Virus record (IMG/VR): IMGVR_UViG_3300025889_000144
Span: 1 to 56,582 of that record
DNA length: 56,582 bases
Source of the DNA: a virus
Taxonomy: Duplodnaviria; Caudoviricetes
Strand: one strand, 5' to 3'
Shown here: positions 55,139-56,582 of the stretch, piece after piece
Layout: every line of letters begins with the position of its first letter
How positions within the stretch are numbered: position 1 is the first letter of the stretch
The notes under the pieces: model-generated
Told to the model about the DNA's origin: nothing
The model's database searches: none
The model's input: the letters and a program-made list of their open reading frames with translations, nothing else
Position numbers and translations under genes: made by a program

Positions 55139-55181
55139 CTGAGAAAGTCAGTATGTGGACAGTAGTTTAGACCAAAATACC

Positions 55182-55445
55182 TCAATCTTCCCTCATGCGC
55201 TTAAGGTCGCGCTCAAAGTTACCTAAAAACTCCGCTCGCTTCTCCCAGGTATCTCCCCCAGAGCAACCCTTTTTAGGGTTTATGCACTCTGGATCATTAA
55301 CTCGATTACAAACAAGCCCCGCGAGGTCTAGTTCGTTGCCTTTGTATCCGGTTTTCCAGTGGTGGATTCCGTCAAGCCACGTTGCACCACACCTCGGGCA
55401 CTCTTTACGTTCTAATTTAAGGTCTGAAAGCTCCCGATCGTCCAT
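55182..55445 (-). CDS. small Cys-rich hypothetical protein
   Basis: CPRCGATW..G.H.W.TG...DLAGLVCN...CINP..G...GDTW. Confidence 0.75.
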   Translation of the reverse strand: MDDRELSDLKLERKECPRCGATWLDGIHHWKTGYKGNELDLAGLVCNRVNDPECINPKKGCSGGDTWEKRAEFLGNFERDLKRMRED

Positions 55446-55534
55446 AAAACTGGATAAATACGGTACGCACTATTAACTCTGACAGCAAAAAGAGCTAAAT
55501 ACTGTAAAAATTTCATTAAATACAGGAAACCAAT

Positions 55535-55559
55535 AAAAAACCCCTCCCGAAGGAGGGGT
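55535..55559 (-). terminator. intrinsic terminator after capsid genes
   Basis: ACCCCTCC-TTCG-GGAGGGGT then T run on the - strand (cUUCGg loop). Confidence 0.9.
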
Positions 55560-55587
55560 CCACCTCTTCTTTCGCGGCCTAACTATA

Positions 55588-56457
55588 TCAGGCAGGAGAG
55601 GTCGAGGTATAAGCAGTGGATTCCACGATGCCGCCGGGTTGCAGAGCAACATCTTGACGCTCGGGCGGCTCATCAGGCACGATCCAGCACACTTCGCAGA
55701 TAGCGAGGGCCTTATTCTTGCCAGAGAGCTTGCCAGCACCAGCACGAGGATCGTACACGCCAGAGCCCTGGAAGACACCAGAGGCAGCTTGGCTGCTGGA
55801 AGCAAACAGTTTCCACTGAGTCTCGGCGCCCAGAGCAGCGAGGCTGCTGGAGTCGATGATGTTGGTGGAACCGGTGCTGCCGTTAGCGATCCGGCTGTTA
55901 GAGCCGGTGATCGAGGTACCGAACTGACCAGACACGACGGTGCCGTCGACTTTCAGACCTTGGCCCACTGCGGGGATCAGGGTCAGGGTCGGAGTGGCGG
56001 AACCACCGGCAACGCCGGAGCTCACCACATCGCCGCCGTCCACACGGAGGGAGGTGCGATACACGTAAGCACCGGCAGGAGCCTTGATGCCATCGGTGAT
56101 ATCGGCCCGGACGTCCTTGTGGTAGTCAGGGGAAGGAACGATTACGGAAGCGTTCAGGAAAGGCTGGTTAGCACTGTTCTGACCGGAACCGTAAGGCTGA
56201 GTGTAGTACTCGAGCTGGTTGTTGGTGCCGAGAGCCTGATAGCTCAGGTCGACGTAACCAACAGCCTGCTGAGCAATCCAGCCGGGACGGAAGACCACGC
56301 CCACGGGGCCACCAACGGGTTGGTTGGTGTAGCTCGTCTGAACGCCATTGGCGTTCTCGAACTGAACGGTCTTTTCTTCGTGCCAGTAACGAAGAACGTT
56401 GGTGTAGTTGCCAGGATAAATCTTGGCAACGTGTAACTGGTTAGAGTTGATCGCCAT
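55588..56457 (-). CDS. abundant virion protein (capsid decoration/structural)
   Basis: strong codon bias, GGAGG Shine-Dalgarno, follows probable MCP, then terminator. Confidence 0.8.
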   Translation of the reverse strand: MAINSNQLHVAKIYPGNYTNVLRYWHEEKTVQFENANGVQTSYTNQPVGGPVGVVFRPGWIAQQAVGYVDLSYQALGTNNQLEYYTQPYGSGQNSANQPFLNASVIVPSPDYHKDVRADITDGIKAPAGAYVYRTSLRVDGGDVVSSGVAGGSATPTLTLIPAVGQGLKVDGTVVSGQFGTSITGSNSRIANGSTGSTNIIDSSSLAALGAETQWKLFASSSQAASGVFQGSGVYDPRAGAGKLSGKNKALAICEVCWIVPDEPPERQDVALQPGGIVESTAYTSTSPA

Positions 56458-56471
56458 TGTTAGTTACCTCC

Positions 56472-56582
56472 TCAAGCGTCGAAAGAGTAACCAACGGTGA
56501 CGAAGTCAGCGTTCAGAAGTTCGAAACCTGCGTACAGGCTCCAAATCATCATGATGAAACGGCTGAAGTCGTCGTTGTTGTT
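56472..56582 (-). CDS. C-terminus of probable major capsid protein (partial)
   Basis: ...NNNDDFSRFIMMIWSLYAGFELLNADFVTVGYSFDA* resembles HK97-fold MCP ends; highly biased codons. Confidence 0.6.
   Translation of the reverse strand, partial: NNNDDFSRFIMMIWSLYAGFELLNADFVTVGYSFDA

Noticed and set aside
55639-56436. 265-aa + strand ORF
   Set aside because: Antisense shadow of a strongly codon-biased structural gene; no recognisable motifs

Overview
About 56.6 kb of a tailed dsDNA bacteriophage genome, almost certainly a cyanophage: it carries two NblA-like genes, a GH24+C39 endolysin and cyanophage-type tail-fibre modules. (1) 0.3-5.5 kb: a dense + strand early region of tiny hypothetical genes with repeated A/C-rich leaders and a strong sigma70-type promoter. 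(2) 5.5-24 kb: + strand DNA metabolism, with dCTP deaminase, a DUF3150-like/MoxR AAA+/VWA module, family A DNA polymerase, tandem-OB SSB, a PD-(D/E)XK nuclease and a primase-SF3 helicase. (3) 24-56.6 kb: mainly - strand late genes, with ThyX, endolysin, tail fibres with S74 chaperone domains, a GH104 lysozyme, probable internal virion proteins and the C-terminus of a probable major capsid protein. Small + strand regulatory islands (HTH proteins, Dps) and free-standing HNH/EndoVII genes interrupt this part. Notable observations: two divergent NblA homologues; two methyltransferase-fold and two HNH-fold proteins that lack their catalytic motifs; a strong Ser-Gly bias in one subset of virion proteins; a recurring R-[FLMK]-A-G peptide motif in unrelated late proteins; an EndoVII gene that apparently displaced the ancestral 3' end of a tail gene; several promoter+hairpin small-RNA candidates. 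I recognised no tRNA, rRNA, CRISPR array, integrase or reverse transcriptase. All family calls come from motif recognition by eye, not database searches.
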